IMG/VR virus record: IMGVR_UViG_3300025162_000016
Location: 186,001 to 250,000 of that record
Length of the DNA: 64,000 nt
Strand: one strand, 5' to 3'
The translations under genes were made by a program, and so were the position numbers. Positions 38,745 to 48,736 of the stretch are shown here, piece after piece. Below the pieces are notes generated by a model. That model had not been told where the DNA came from, did no database searches, and saw only the letters and a program-made list of their open reading frames with translations. Within the stretch, counting starts at the first letter, position 1. Each line of letters begins with the position of its first letter.

Positions 38745-41396
38745 GTGTACGTTAATATTTGGGTAGACAGAAGAAACGAAATTGTCCATGTATGGGACGA
38801 CGAGAAGGGATGCGTTAATTTTCCGCTTGAAGCGATCCGATTTGCTTATAAAAAGAATCCAGCCGGTGAATATGTTTCTTTATACGGAGATCGTCTCGAA
38901 GAGGTTATGTATTATGATGATAATGATCATTCTCTCCTCGAATCAGATGTTCCAATAGAATTAAAAACTTTAAGTAAATTGTATGAGGATAGTGATGAAG
39001 TTTCAGAGACTACTGCTATTGGGGTAATTGATATTGAAGTTGATTCTACCGGAGGATTTCCGAATATTGAAACGGGAGACAAGGCCATTACTGCGATTGC
39101 GTTGTACGACACGTCTACTGAGACATTTTGGTCATTTGTGCTTGATCCCGATAAAAAAATTGTTTCTCGCACTGAGCGCACCAAACTAAATTCATCTGAT
39201 ACTAAAGATTATGAATGGAATATTAACTCTTATAAATACGAAGACGTTTTATTAAGAGCATTTTTGAGTAAATGGGAAGAATGTAATTTTAGCATTGTCT
39301 CTGGATGGAACTGTAATGGGTTTGATTTGCCCTATATTTATAATCGAATTCGTGCTGTGTTAGGTAAGAAGGCGGGGTATCGACTATCGACAATTGGAAT
39401 GTGTTATTTACACAAATTTTCCAAAACAATGCGAATTGCGGGAATGTCTTGTCTTGATTACCTTGATCTTTATAAAAAGTTTATTGGTAAAGATCAGCCA
39501 ACATTTGCATTAAATTATATTGGACAGGAAGAAGTAGGAATTGGAAAAATACCATATCGTGGCAGTTTAGTTACTTTGTATAAAGAGGATTTGGATCGAT
39601 ATGTTGAATATAATTTAAATGACGTTAAAATTGTAGTAGCATTGGAGAAAAAATTAGATTTCATTTATCTTGCACGGTCGGTATGTCACAAAGGACATGT
39701 TCCTTATGAATGGTATATATATTCTTCTCGTTGGATTGACGGGGCGTTATTAACTTATTTACATCGTAAAAAATTAATAGCTCCTAATAAACCAGTTGGA
39801 GGGAAAGAAGAATATGAAGCGATGAAAGAGGAAGGTGCAGAAGGGTTTGAAGGCGCATATGTAAAAGATCCGGTGCCGGGGCTCTATGATTGGGTGTATT
39901 CCGCAGATGTCACTTCTTTGTATCCCAGCACTATTATGTCCCTAAATATTTCTAGTGAGACTAAATTTGGGAAGATAGAAAATTGGGATACGGAAAAATT
40001 CGTTAATGGAAAAATAGGGGCGGTATCTATAGGAGAAACGCATTATACTGAAGAAGAATTTAAAGAATTAATTAAAGATGGAAAATATAGTATAAGTTCT
40101 AACGGCATTCTTTATTCTCAGGATATTATGGGAATTGTTCCTTCCATTCTTAATATATGGTTTTCGGAGCGTGTGGAATTTAAAGCACTGGCGGAAAAAT
40201 ACAAAAACGAAGGTGATAAAGTCAAAGAACTATTTTATGATAGACGACAAAAGCGGCAAAAAATCTTCATGAATAGCGTCTACGGCACACTAGGACTTCC
40301 GATCTTCCGATTCTATGATAAGGATAATGCCGAGGCAACCACGGTCTCCGGGCAGCATGTTATCAAGATGACCGAACGGTTTGTTAATATGAAATATGCC
40401 GATAAATTTGCTGATAAAGGCGAGATAACTAACGATGATTTTGTCATATATATTGATACCGATAGCGTTTACATGTCAGCTAAACCCTTGCTTAATTTAG
40501 ATAAAAAATCTACGGAAGTAACTGATGATACTATTCAGTATGTTATTGATTTGTCCGTGGAAATGTCTAAAGGAATTAACGAATTTTATGAGTTTGCAAT
40601 TCCTGCCATGTTCAACTTGAATAAACATCGAATAAAAATCACGCCGGATGTTATTACTACAACTACATTGTGGATCAAGAAAAAACGATATGCCATGATG
40701 AAAGTGTATGATATGGAAAAACAACGTAAAGTATTAGATAAAGACGGGACTTTAGGGAAATTGGAAGTTAAAGGTATTGATGTAGTGAGAACTTCATTTC
40801 CGGCTCGATTTCGTAAATTTTCAGGAGAACTTTTGAACATGATCCTGCGTAAGGTTTCAAAAAACACGATTGATGATAGAATTCTTGTAATGGAACGAGA
40901 AATTAAAACATTGCCGGTGGATGAAATTGCAAAAAACACTTCTGTAAATTTTATTAGTCGTAAAGGAGATGCAAATTACAATCCTCCGGATAGAAAGATG
41001 TTTACTGTTCCTACCTCTAAAACTCCTCCTCAAGTAGGAGCCGCTATGATGTATAATGACATGTTAAAGAAATTCGGTTTACAAAAACAATATGAGCCAA
41101 TTCATAACGGTCAAAAAATTAAATGGGTGTATTTGAAGGAGAATCCACATGCTTTAGATTATTTGGCTATTAAAGCAGATGGGACTGATCCTGATGAAAT
41201 CCTAGAAATTATTAATACTTATGTAGATCGTAAACAGATGTATGAACGAGAATTGAAAACAAAAATTGCCAAGTTCTATGCGGTGTTGAAATGGATATAT
41301 CCCTCATTTACTGCTAGACTTGCAGATTCTTTTTTCAAATCAAAAACGGTTTCCGTTCCAGTCGTTCCTAAATTGGATGACGAGGAAGAAGAATAA
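38745..41396 (+). CDS. polB: family B DNA polymerase (T4 gp43-like)
   Basis: DIE, GWN...FD, YN..D exonuclease motifs; DVTSLYPS, K...NSVYG, YIDTDS. Confidence 0.97.
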   Translation: MYVNIWVDRRNEIVHVWDDEKGCVNFPLEAIRFAYKKNPAGEYVSLYGDRLEEVMYYDDNDHSLLESDVPIELKTLSKLYEDSDEVSETTAIGVIDIEVDSTGGFPNIETGDKAITAIALYDTSTETFWSFVLDPDKKIVSRTERTKLNSSDTKDYEWNINSYKYEDVLLRAFLSKWEECNFSIVSGWNCNGFDLPYIYNRIRAVLGKKAGYRLSTIGMCYLHKFSKTMRIAGMSCLDYLDLYKKFIGKDQPTFALNYIGQEEVGIGKIPYRGSLVTLYKEDLDRYVEYNLNDVKIVVALEKKLDFIYLARSVCHKGHVPYEWYIYSSRWIDGALLTYLHRKKLIAPNKPVGGKEEYEAMKEEGAEGFEGAYVKDPVPGLYDWVYSADVTSLYPSTIMSLNISSETKFGKIENWDTEKFVNGKIGAVSIGETHYTEEEFKELIKDGKYSISSNGILYSQDIMGIVPSILNIWFSERVEFKALAEKYKNEGDKVKELFYDRRQKRQKIFMNSVYGTLGLPIFRFYDKDNAEATTVSGQHVIKMTERFVNMKYADKFADKGEITNDDFVIYIDTDSVYMSAKPLLNLDKKSTEVTDDTIQYVIDLSVEMSKGINEFYEFAIPAMFNLNKHRIKITPDVITTTTLWIKKKRYAMMKVYDMEKQRKVLDKDGTLGKLEVKGIDVVRTSFPARFRKFSGELLNMILRKVSKNTIDDRILVMEREIKTLPVDEIAKNTSVNFISRKGDANYNPPDRKMFTVPTSKTPPQVGAAMMYNDMLKKFGLQKQYEPIHNGQKIKWVYLKENPHALDYLAIKADGTDPDEILEIINTYVDRKQMYERELKTKIAKFYAVLKWIYPSFTARLADSFFKSKTVSVPVVPKLDDEEEE

Positions 41397-41400
41397 CAAT

Positions 41401-41754
41401 ATGCAATATCCTCAAATAGAAAAAAGAAAAACCAATAGAGGAGATCGTTTCTTTGTAAAAGGAGAACCCGCATTTAGTGGTTCTCAATTGCATGGATTTA
41501 AAACTGAAGATTCTTTAATGCGGTGCTATACATGGTGGTTTCATAATATTTATTTAAAAAAACAAAAAGGAAAAGAGGCTAAAGCGGAATGGGAAAATGG
41601 TGGGCGGGATGAATTTTATAAAAAAGACACTACGGTTAAAGGAAAAAAAGATTTTGGTTGTAAACCCAAACAAATGTCATCCCTTCCCGTTCCTAAAATC
41701 GAATCCATTATTGCAGAATATGATGCAAAAGATATTCCTAGTTGGCTAGACTAA
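41401..41754 (+). CDS. hypothetical protein
   Basis: Start at MQYPQ, just after polB stop. Confidence 0.6.
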   Translation: MQYPQIEKRKTNRGDRFFVKGEPAFSGSQLHGFKTEDSLMRCYTWWFHNIYLKKQKGKEAKAEWENGGRDEFYKKDTTVKGKKDFGCKPKQMSSLPVPKIESIIAEYDAKDIPSWLD

Positions 41755-41814
41755 AAAATATAAAAACTTGCAATTAAACCAGACTTGATATAGCGTTATA
41801 ACCTACGAGAAGTT

Positions 41815-42561
41815 ATGCAGAAAAATTTATTGGAAAATTTCATAAAACGATATAGCCTTGGAGGTATATGTGAATGTGCTCATTGGTATAGTGATGCCGA
41901 AAAGAAAACTCTTACTGCCCGAGCCCACACCGACGAGAAAACCGTTATTTTAAAAATCATTTTAAAAAAATGGGAGGGAATGGAAACTTGTCAAATGGCA
42001 TTGCCAAGTTCCACTAAAATTAAAGCAATGCTTAATCCGATTGGAGATGAGGTAGTGGTTACTCTAAATAAAATTAGAGATAGAATTGCCAATTTTACCG
42101 TGGCAGATGTTGATTGTGAAGCGACTTGCACGGTGGCTGAATATGATGCGTTTCCCGAAACCCTGGATACTGATACCGCCGAAATTCCCTTGGAATTTGA
42201 TGTTGAAGTGAAGTTTACTGAGGAGTTTGTCAATAGATTAATGAAATCAATTGCGGCTTTGACTGAAGCTAAAGATTTTGTTCTGATGAACAATAAAAAG
42301 GGAAAGTTGGATATGGTCATCAATTATGAGGATACTAATACGAATCGTATACGTATTCCGGTAGAGACCATTAACGGTAAAGATAAAATTGATACTCCGA
42401 CCGCATTATCAACAGCGGTATTAAAAGCGATTATCAATTCAAATGATAAAGCGGACGGCGCTGTTTTAAAAGTTTCCAGCCGTGGTATTGGAGTTATAAA
42501 TTTTGAAGATGAGACTTTTAAATCGACCTATTTTCTATTTTCACCACGAGTAATTGAATAA
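41815..42561 (+). CDS. DNA sliding clamp (gp45/PCNA-like)
   Basis: About 250 aa, two-domain alpha/beta pattern, between polB and clamp loader. Confidence 0.75.
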   Translation: MQKNLLENFIKRYSLGGICECAHWYSDAEKKTLTARAHTDEKTVILKIILKKWEGMETCQMALPSSTKIKAMLNPIGDEVVVTLNKIRDRIANFTVADVDCEATCTVAEYDAFPETLDTDTAEIPLEFDVEVKFTEEFVNRLMKSIAALTEAKDFVLMNNKKGKLDMVINYEDTNTNRIRIPVETINGKDKIDTPTALSTAVLKAIINSNDKADGAVLKVSSRGIGVINFEDETFKSTYFLFSPRVIE

Positions 42562-42568
42562 TTAAAAC

Positions 42569-43516
42569 ATGAACGAACCTCTAATTAAAGAACGTCGGAC
42601 AATCCAATATATTTGGACAGAAAAATACAGGCCAAAATCATTGGATACATTTATTGGTAATGATTCCGTGAAGAAAAAGATTCGAGGATTCATTGATCAA
42701 AAAGATCTACCGCACCTGCTTTTCCACGGAACCGCAGGAACTGGTAAAACCTCGTTGGCAAAGATGATTGTTAAATGTATTCCCTGTGATCATATTTATA
42801 TTAATGCATCGGACGAACGAACCATTGACACTATTCGTGATAAAATTGTTGGATTTGCGTCTACGGTATCGTTTGAGCCACTAAGAATTATCATTCTGGA
42901 TGAGGCGGATTTTTTACCCGCATTGTCGCAGGGGGCACTCCGTAATGTAATGGAAACTTATTCTATTCATTCCAGATTTATTCTAACTTGTAATTATATT
43001 GAACGTATTACTCAGCCAATTGTTTCTCGTTGCGGTGGAGGAATTAAAGTTGAACCATTATCAATGGAAGCAGTTGCCGAACATTTGTCTCTTATTCTTG
43101 AGACTGAGAAGATTAAATATACTATAGAGGATATTGGGTTTATTGTAAAAAGTTATTATCCGGATGTTCGTAAAATTATCAATTTTGCCCAACAAAATAC
43201 GGAAAAGGGTAAATTAGCGATAGCGGTTGAGAATTGTATTGAAACAGACTATCTGGAACAATTATTAACATTACTTAAAACGCCAAAGAAAGCGGGAGTG
43301 TTTGGACAAATTCGCCAGTTGGTTGCAGATGCTCAATTTTCTAATTATGACGAGGTTTATCGATATCTTTTTGATAAAGTAAATGAATTCGCCAAAGACA
43401 AAGAGCCGCAGGTTATTCTCGAATTGGCGGATGCTGTTTATCAGTCCGCCTTAGTGTTCGAAAAAGAAATAACGTTCGTTGCAATGATTCAGAAGATACT
43501 TAAATGTCTGGTTTAA
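42569..43516 (+). CDS. clamp loader AAA+ subunit (gp44/RFC small)
   Basis: WTEKYRP, GTAGTGKT, NASD, LDEAD, SRC. Confidence 0.95.
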   Translation: MNEPLIKERRTIQYIWTEKYRPKSLDTFIGNDSVKKKIRGFIDQKDLPHLLFHGTAGTGKTSLAKMIVKCIPCDHIYINASDERTIDTIRDKIVGFASTVSFEPLRIIILDEADFLPALSQGALRNVMETYSIHSRFILTCNYIERITQPIVSRCGGGIKVEPLSMEAVAEHLSLILETEKIKYTIEDIGFIVKSYYPDVRKIINFAQQNTEKGKLAIAVENCIETDYLEQLLTLLKTPKKAGVFGQIRQLVADAQFSNYDEVYRYLFDKVNEFAKDKEPQVILELADAVYQSALVFEKEITFVAMIQKILKCLV

Positions 43517-43525
43517 CAAAAAAAT

Positions 43526-43747
43526 ATGAAATGCGAAAAATGTGGAAAAACCGTAATCGGAACAGAAAAATGGTATGATTTTTCCCCTAAGCGGGATTTG
43601 TGTTGGGGTGGACATCCGTTAAAAGCGTCCGAGCTTCCTGAAATGGAAGAAACCTCGGTGGATGATAACGATTATATAATCATATGCGACATATCTGAAA
43701 AGGTCAGTAAAAAAATAAAAGTTGGAAGTTTGCGAAAAGTATTATGA
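43526..43747 (+). CDS. hypothetical protein
   Basis: 73 aa, N-terminal CEKC. Confidence 0.55.
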   Translation: MKCEKCGKTVIGTEKWYDFSPKRDLCWGGHPLKASELPEMEETSVDDNDYIIICDISEKVSKKIKVGSLRKVL

Positions 43748-43833
43748 ATTTTGCCATTTGTAACTATAGAGTTTTTGGATTTCGATTTGTAACTCGTTGA
43801 TAATGCGGAATTTACGAAATATGATATTTGATG

Positions 43834-43926
43834 TTGACAAACCGAGGATAATAGAATATACTGCCGCTCGCAAATTAATATACAGGTGAAGTGCTGGAAC
43901 AGGCCAGTTACTATATCTCCCTGTAT
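43834..43926 (+). promoter_or_regulatory. sigma70 promoter followed by structured 5' leader
   Basis: TTGACA-17nt-TATACT; stem ATACAGG/CCTGTAT with inner CTGG/CCAG. Confidence 0.65.
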
Positions 43927-43960
43927 CAACAAAGAACAAAGAACAAAGAATAAAAAAATT

Positions 43961-44257
43961 ATGGCAAATAATAACGGTCCAATGTGGAAAAATGAACAAG
44001 ACCGTCAAATCCTTGCAGAGGTTTACAGATCGTTTGCAACCGCATTTGATGGTAATAATAATCCTACCGCTTATCAATCGTGGTTTCGTGGTGCGGGTAT
44101 AGTTGAAAATCATCCAATGAAGATGGCAAGAACTCTGGTTATTAATTGTAACTATAGGCCGCTTTTGTTGATGAAAGAGATTCTATCGGTTGCATCGAAA
44201 CTTAACATTGAAGTTTTCCTTCAAGAGGTAGATGAAATGGGTAACCCGAAATCTTAA
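43961..44257 (+). CDS. hypothetical protein
   Basis: Start MANNNG after A-rich leader. Confidence 0.65.
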   Translation: MANNNGPMWKNEQDRQILAEVYRSFATAFDGNNNPTAYQSWFRGAGIVENHPMKMARTLVINCNYRPLLLMKEILSVASKLNIEVFLQEVDEMGNPKS

Positions 44258-44315
44258 TTCGGCAATCGTTTTCCCTAAAGGGATAAGGAGTTAACCTGCT
44301 ACTCTGATATAAGTT

Positions 44316-44618
44316 ATGGAACATTCTGAAATACAGTTATGGTTATTGATTCTTACACTTATTTTCCCCAGGTTGGGATTGATTATTGCTTGGTTTGGGG
44401 GGCAAATCCCATATAATACGATACCATTTGTGGGAGATATGTTAATGGCGGTTTTTTTACCTAGATTGTTAATGATAATTTACATTGTTACCAATCTAGG
44501 TACCGGTAGCGGGTGGTTTTGGATACATCTATTTGTGTTCATAATATCTTTCGGTTTCACTTGGGTAAGAATTTCTTATGCCATGCTGCAAGATAAGAAT
44601 ATTTGGAGTACCGGCTAG
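44316..44618 (+). CDS. small multi-TM membrane protein
   Basis: Three hydrophobic helices with repeated (F/L)PRL. Confidence 0.7.
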   Translation: MEHSEIQLWLLILTLIFPRLGLIIAWFGGQIPYNTIPFVGDMLMAVFLPRLLMIIYIVTNLGTGSGWFWIHLFVFIISFGFTWVRISYAMLQDKNIWSTG

Positions 44619-44654
44619 TAACTATTATAGATGACGTTGATATTATAACAGGGA

Positions 44655-45803
44655 ATGGACGATAATTTTAAATTGGCGGATATAAAAATACGAGATCCTC
44701 TTAGAGAACGAGGGGTATTATATGTTGGTCAATATGGAACTAGTGGATATGCTACTGCGGCAAAAGGGTATATATGTGACTTTTTGATGCGGGGTATTCC
44801 AATTAGTTGGAATCCATTGAAACTTGATGATTCGGAATTATCCGATGATAATTTTTATAACATATTGGCTAAGACTGTTATAGGCAAGGCAATTTCAGAT
44901 GTACGTACTATTATTTTGCATTGCACTGCGGATTTGTGGCCAACTTACAAATCTGAAAATGCCGATAAATTTCTCAATAGAAATATTATAGGATATACCG
45001 TATGGGAGACAAATGTCTTGCCGAGATATTGGCCAAAATTTATTAACGAATCGGTGAATGAAGTGTGGTGTCCTTCTCATTATAATTACGAAACTTTTGT
45101 TAATTCTGGGGTAACCATTCCGATTAGAGTAGTTCCTCATATATTTTTAAAAATTGATCTTCCAAAACGGGAGCAGGTTTTATTAACGGATTGTGTGGGA
45201 AATTCGATTGTAGATGATCCCCATGTAGTTACTTTTTATAACAATTCGATTGTAGATGATCCTCATGCATTTACTTTTTATAATATAAGTGAATTAAATG
45301 AAAGAAAAAACGTTATAAGTTTGGTAGAGACGTTTTGTAAAGCATTTACTAAATCGGATTCAGTTAGATTGCTTCTTAAAGTTCATTATAAAAATTACAC
45401 GACGGAAAATTTAACTTATTGTATTAATAAGATTTTTGCGGTTCTTAAGGATTTCCCGAATCATGCCTCGGTGATATTGATAACTGGAAATTTAACCGAA
45501 CTTGAACTTCTTTCATTACATTCAATTGGAGATTGCTATGTATCTCTTACCAGATCAGAGGCATTTGGGTTAACTATTTTTGATGCTATGAATTATGGTA
45601 AGAAAGTTATAGTTACTGGATATGGCGGACAGGTTGATTATTTGGGAAATAACTATTCTGGTCTGGTGAGTTACAAATTGGTAGATGTTCAGAATATGGA
45701 TAGTTTTACTCATGGATATTATATGCAGGGTAAACAACAATGGGCAGCACCAAATATTGATCATGCAGTAGAGTTAATGCGAAAAGTTGTAAATATCATT
45801 TAA
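44655..45803 (+). CDS. GT4 glycosyltransferase
   Basis: SGYA, TVWET, RKN, RSEAFGL..FDAM. Confidence 0.9.
   Translation: MDDNFKLADIKIRDPLRERGVLYVGQYGTSGYATAAKGYICDFLMRGIPISWNPLKLDDSELSDDNFYNILAKTVIGKAISDVRTIILHCTADLWPTYKSENADKFLNRNIIGYTVWETNVLPRYWPKFINESVNEVWCPSHYNYETFVNSGVTIPIRVVPHIFLKIDLPKREQVLLTDCVGNSIVDDPHVVTFYNNSIVDDPHAFTFYNISELNERKNVISLVETFCKAFTKSDSVRLLLKVHYKNYTTENLTYCINKIFAVLKDFPNHASVILITGNLTELELLSLHSIGDCYVSLTRSEAFGLTIFDAMNYGKKVIVTGYGGQVDYLGNNYSGLVSYKLVDVQNMDSFTHGYYMQGKQQWAAPNIDHAVELMRKVVNII
45201..45284 (+). repeat. in-frame 42-bp tandem duplication
   Basis: NSIVDDPHVVTFYN / NSIVDDPHAFTFYN. Confidence 0.95.
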
Positions 45804-45814
45804 AAAAAATATAT

Positions 45815-46834
45815 ATGGATACTATTGTTGCTGTTACCGCACAAATTCCCTATCTGAATAAAGATGGAAAAATTGTGGCGTTCGGGGGAGGAGTTCCTAG
45901 AGCCATGATTAATCTGTTTAATTGCATATCAGATGTTTATAAGATTTACATTATGTATGTTCCTCAATATACTCCTAACAATGGAACAATGTTTCAATAC
46001 GAAAATATGACTTATATACCCGAAATTTCATTTTTTAAGTTTGAGGAAGTGTATGATAAATATTTTATTGGGATTGATTTCATTTTTATGATAGATATAT
46101 TTATACATGGGGAAAGTTCTTTTCAATGGAGATCATTGCCTCATAAAAAAATAGGAATGATTCAAACATGGAATACTGATCCTTTAGATATTGGAATGAA
46201 TGGAATAATTTGCAATGGGATCGAAGAGAGAATTAATATGTCTCCGCTATTATTTCCTGTTGGTTGTTTATATGATTCAAATGTGTTTTATCCCACAAAT
46301 CAGCCCAGAAAAAACTTTGCGTTGTATACTGGCCGATTGGATGTGGATAAAAACGTTCAATATTTGATTGATAATTGGAAAAAAATTTATGAGAAATTTG
46401 GAACTATATTGAAACTAATAGGTCCGTGTAATGTACAGAAAGTTAAAGTTCCTGAGTGTGATTATATAATCAATTTACCTCCGGTTGAAGATGCTATCCT
46501 CAGAGCGTATTATAATACATGTAAATGTTTTATAATGCCGTCAAAATGTGAAAGTTTTTGCTGTTCACTAGTTGAGGCGCTCGCCTGTAATGCTCCTTGT
46601 GTTGTTGATGGTGCAGTTGGATCAATAAAAAATTTCAATGGAATGGCAAAATATGTTTATGGCAATGGATATATTTGTCAAAATCTTTTATTACAAAATA
46701 TTGAAAACGTTTTATCGTCGTCTGTCGTTTCAGTAGAATCATCCGAGTTTGTAAAAAAACAATTTTCAATATCAGAAAATAAAATAGCTATCAAAAATTT
46801 TATAAAATTATGCCAGGATCCTCCGATATATTAA
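45815..46834 (+). CDS. GT4 glycosyltransferase
   Basis: GGGV, YTGRL..KN, PSKCESFCCSLVEALAC. Confidence 0.88.
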   Translation: MDTIVAVTAQIPYLNKDGKIVAFGGGVPRAMINLFNCISDVYKIYIMYVPQYTPNNGTMFQYENMTYIPEISFFKFEEVYDKYFIGIDFIFMIDIFIHGESSFQWRSLPHKKIGMIQTWNTDPLDIGMNGIICNGIEERINMSPLLFPVGCLYDSNVFYPTNQPRKNFALYTGRLDVDKNVQYLIDNWKKIYEKFGTILKLIGPCNVQKVKVPECDYIINLPPVEDAILRAYYNTCKCFIMPSKCESFCCSLVEALACNAPCVVDGAVGSIKNFNGMAKYVYGNGYICQNLLLQNIENVLSSSVVSVESSEFVKKQFSISENKIAIKNFIKLCQDPPIY

Positions 46835-47337
46835 ACGAAGATATTATCTCTATCGTAACAAGAATAAATCCATCCACTGTATTTGATGTAGGGGTGGGGG
46901 CGGGAAAATATGGGGAAATGTTAAAGAAAATATGTCCGTCAGTTTCTCTTACTGGGTGTGAAATAGATGCTTCATATTTAACAGAATTTAAAACACGACA
47001 TTCTTTTTATAAAAAGATTGTGGTTAAATCCATTATAGAAATAATAGATACAGAAGAGTTTGACGTTGATTTAGTTATTATGGGAGACGTACTTGAACAT
47101 TTAAAATACAGTCAAATTTTCGATGTGTTGGATTATTTTCAGTATCGAAGCAAATATATACTTTGTCTGTACCCAACTTGTCTTCGACAAGGAATATGGA
47201 ATGGACATTCATCTGAGCGTCATTTATCTGAAGTGAGGCTTAGAGATATCGTAGAAAGATATAATATATTGGAATATAAAAAGTTACAGGAGGTTGGATT
47301 CTCGATGAATTTATTATTAATACGGGCTTACTTATAA
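46810..47337 (+). CDS. class I SAM methyltransferase
   Basis: VFDVGVGAG, GDVLEHL. Confidence 0.88.
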   Translation: MPGSSDILNEDIISIVTRINPSTVFDVGVGAGKYGEMLKKICPSVSLTGCEIDASYLTEFKTRHSFYKKIVVKSIIEIIDTEEFDVDLVIMGDVLEHLKYSQIFDVLDYFQYRSKYILCLYPTCLRQGIWNGHSSERHLSEVRLRDIVERYNILEYKKLQEVGFSMNLLLIRAYL

Positions 47338-47338
47338 T

Positions 47339-48060
47339 ATGATTACTCGATTTACCATATATATGGAGAAAGATGTTCCGGAACAAACTTTCTTCGAAAA
47401 TTGATGTTTGATAATTTTGATTTAGTTCCGACGTATCTTCCGGACGGACATTTTGGATGGAAACATTTTTTTGGCTCTTTTGAAAATAGAAATGCTATTA
47501 GGAAATCAGAAGATTGTGCTATTTTATCTATAGTAAGAAATCCAATTGATTATTTAGTATCGTTTTATTATAATCCACATCATCAACCAAAAGAACGTTT
47601 GACAAATTTTATAACATTTTTATCCTCGCCGTTTTATTCTGTAGATGGTAATAATATAGACAGGAAAATTGATATAAATATAGAAAACGAAAGTCGTTAT
47701 CAAGACATTTTTGAAATGAGAAGTGTAAAAAGTAGATTTTTATATTCAACTATTCCCACGCTAACGAAAAATTGGTATTTTATGAAATATGAAGATTTAA
47801 AATCTGCTCCTGAAAATTTACTTGAAAATATAACTCGGAAATTTGAGTTAATTCCTAAAACACGCCGGTTTATGGTTGAGCAAAGAAGAGTGGGCCCTCC
47901 ATCTGAACGAAATGAGTTTGAATTTTCTAATGCTCCTTTAATGGAAAATTATTCCATTGATTCTTCTGACGCTAAAGAAATTATAAAAAATCGGTTAGAT
48001 TTTGAAATTGAAAAGTTAATAGGATATGATAAAAATACCATTATTATGCGACTTACATGA
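47339..48060 (+). pseudogene. sulfotransferase-like protein frameshifted at (AT)4
   Basis: Removing one AT at 47357-47364 gives MITRFTIYGERCSGTNFL (5'-PSB-like loop) in frame with VRNP.D.L.S and KYEDL. Confidence 0.72.
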
Positions 48061-48071
48061 TATTTATACGT

Positions 48072-48692
48072 ATGAAAGAAAAAAAGTCAACTAAAGAGAA
48101 TACGTATGACATGGGTATTGCAGGTAATACCGGGGCCATTGCAACTACCGCTGGATGGGGAACCTTTGCCTCTCCCAATGTAAGTCAGAATTCGGCTAAT
48201 TTTGTGAGTGGTAAAAATCAAGCAGACATTACCGCCACTAATACGGATGCATTAAACAATAAAATGATCGGGGCAAAAAGTAATACTCTAGCAGGAGCCC
48301 CTGCCTCTCCGAGTGCATTAGATGCGACTGTAAACCAAATTTATAGTAAAGAAATTACGCCTTCTGTTGATGAAGTCATGACCGGTCTCAAATATGAGAT
48401 GCAGAATATGATTAAAAAGGATAAGGCGAGAGCCAAAGATGTTGTGCTCGCAAATTTAAAACAAGATCCGCATTATTATGGAAAATTAGGAATGTGGAAT
48501 ATATCGGATAAAAATATGATGAATGTTCAACCCGCAAATCAAAGTAAAACCCCCGCTGAACTTCAAATGGAAGAGCGCATTAATGTGCTTAATCAGATGA
48601 TTAAAGCAAAGGGTAAAAGAACCGAAACCCCACAGTCTATTAAAGATGCCATTGCAGAGACAAAAGCAAAGAGAGATGCTCGATATTCCTAA
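48072..48692 (+). CDS. hypothetical protein with DUF5661-like segment
   Basis: GLKYEM...A...VL.NL..DPHYY; start 3 nt after TATTTATA. Confidence 0.6.
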   Translation: MKEKKSTKENTYDMGIAGNTGAIATTAGWGTFASPNVSQNSANFVSGKNQADITATNTDALNNKMIGAKSNTLAGAPASPSALDATVNQIYSKEITPSVDEVMTGLKYEMQNMIKKDKARAKDVVLANLKQDPHYYGKLGMWNISDKNMMNVQPANQSKTPAELQMEERINVLNQMIKAKGKRTETPQSIKDAIAETKAKRDARYS

Positions 48693-48701
48693 GAAAAATA
48701 G

Positions 48702-48730
48702 TTGACCATCGGTGCATAATACGATATATT
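48702..48730 (+). promoter_or_regulatory. sigma70 promoter, probably leaderless
   Basis: TTGACC-17nt-TATATT, ATG 6 nt downstream. Confidence 0.6.
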
Positions 48731-48736
48731 GCGGTA

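Noticed and set aside
44272-44285. TCCCTAAAGGGATA mini-palindrome resembling an IS200/IS605 end
   Set aside because: About 13 nt match with no outer stem; cannot be separated from chance
46810-48060. Read-through fusion of methyltransferase and sulfotransferase (same frame across TAA 47335)
   Set aside because: TAA read-through is unlikely; ATG 47339 plus a repeat slip gives a better N-terminus
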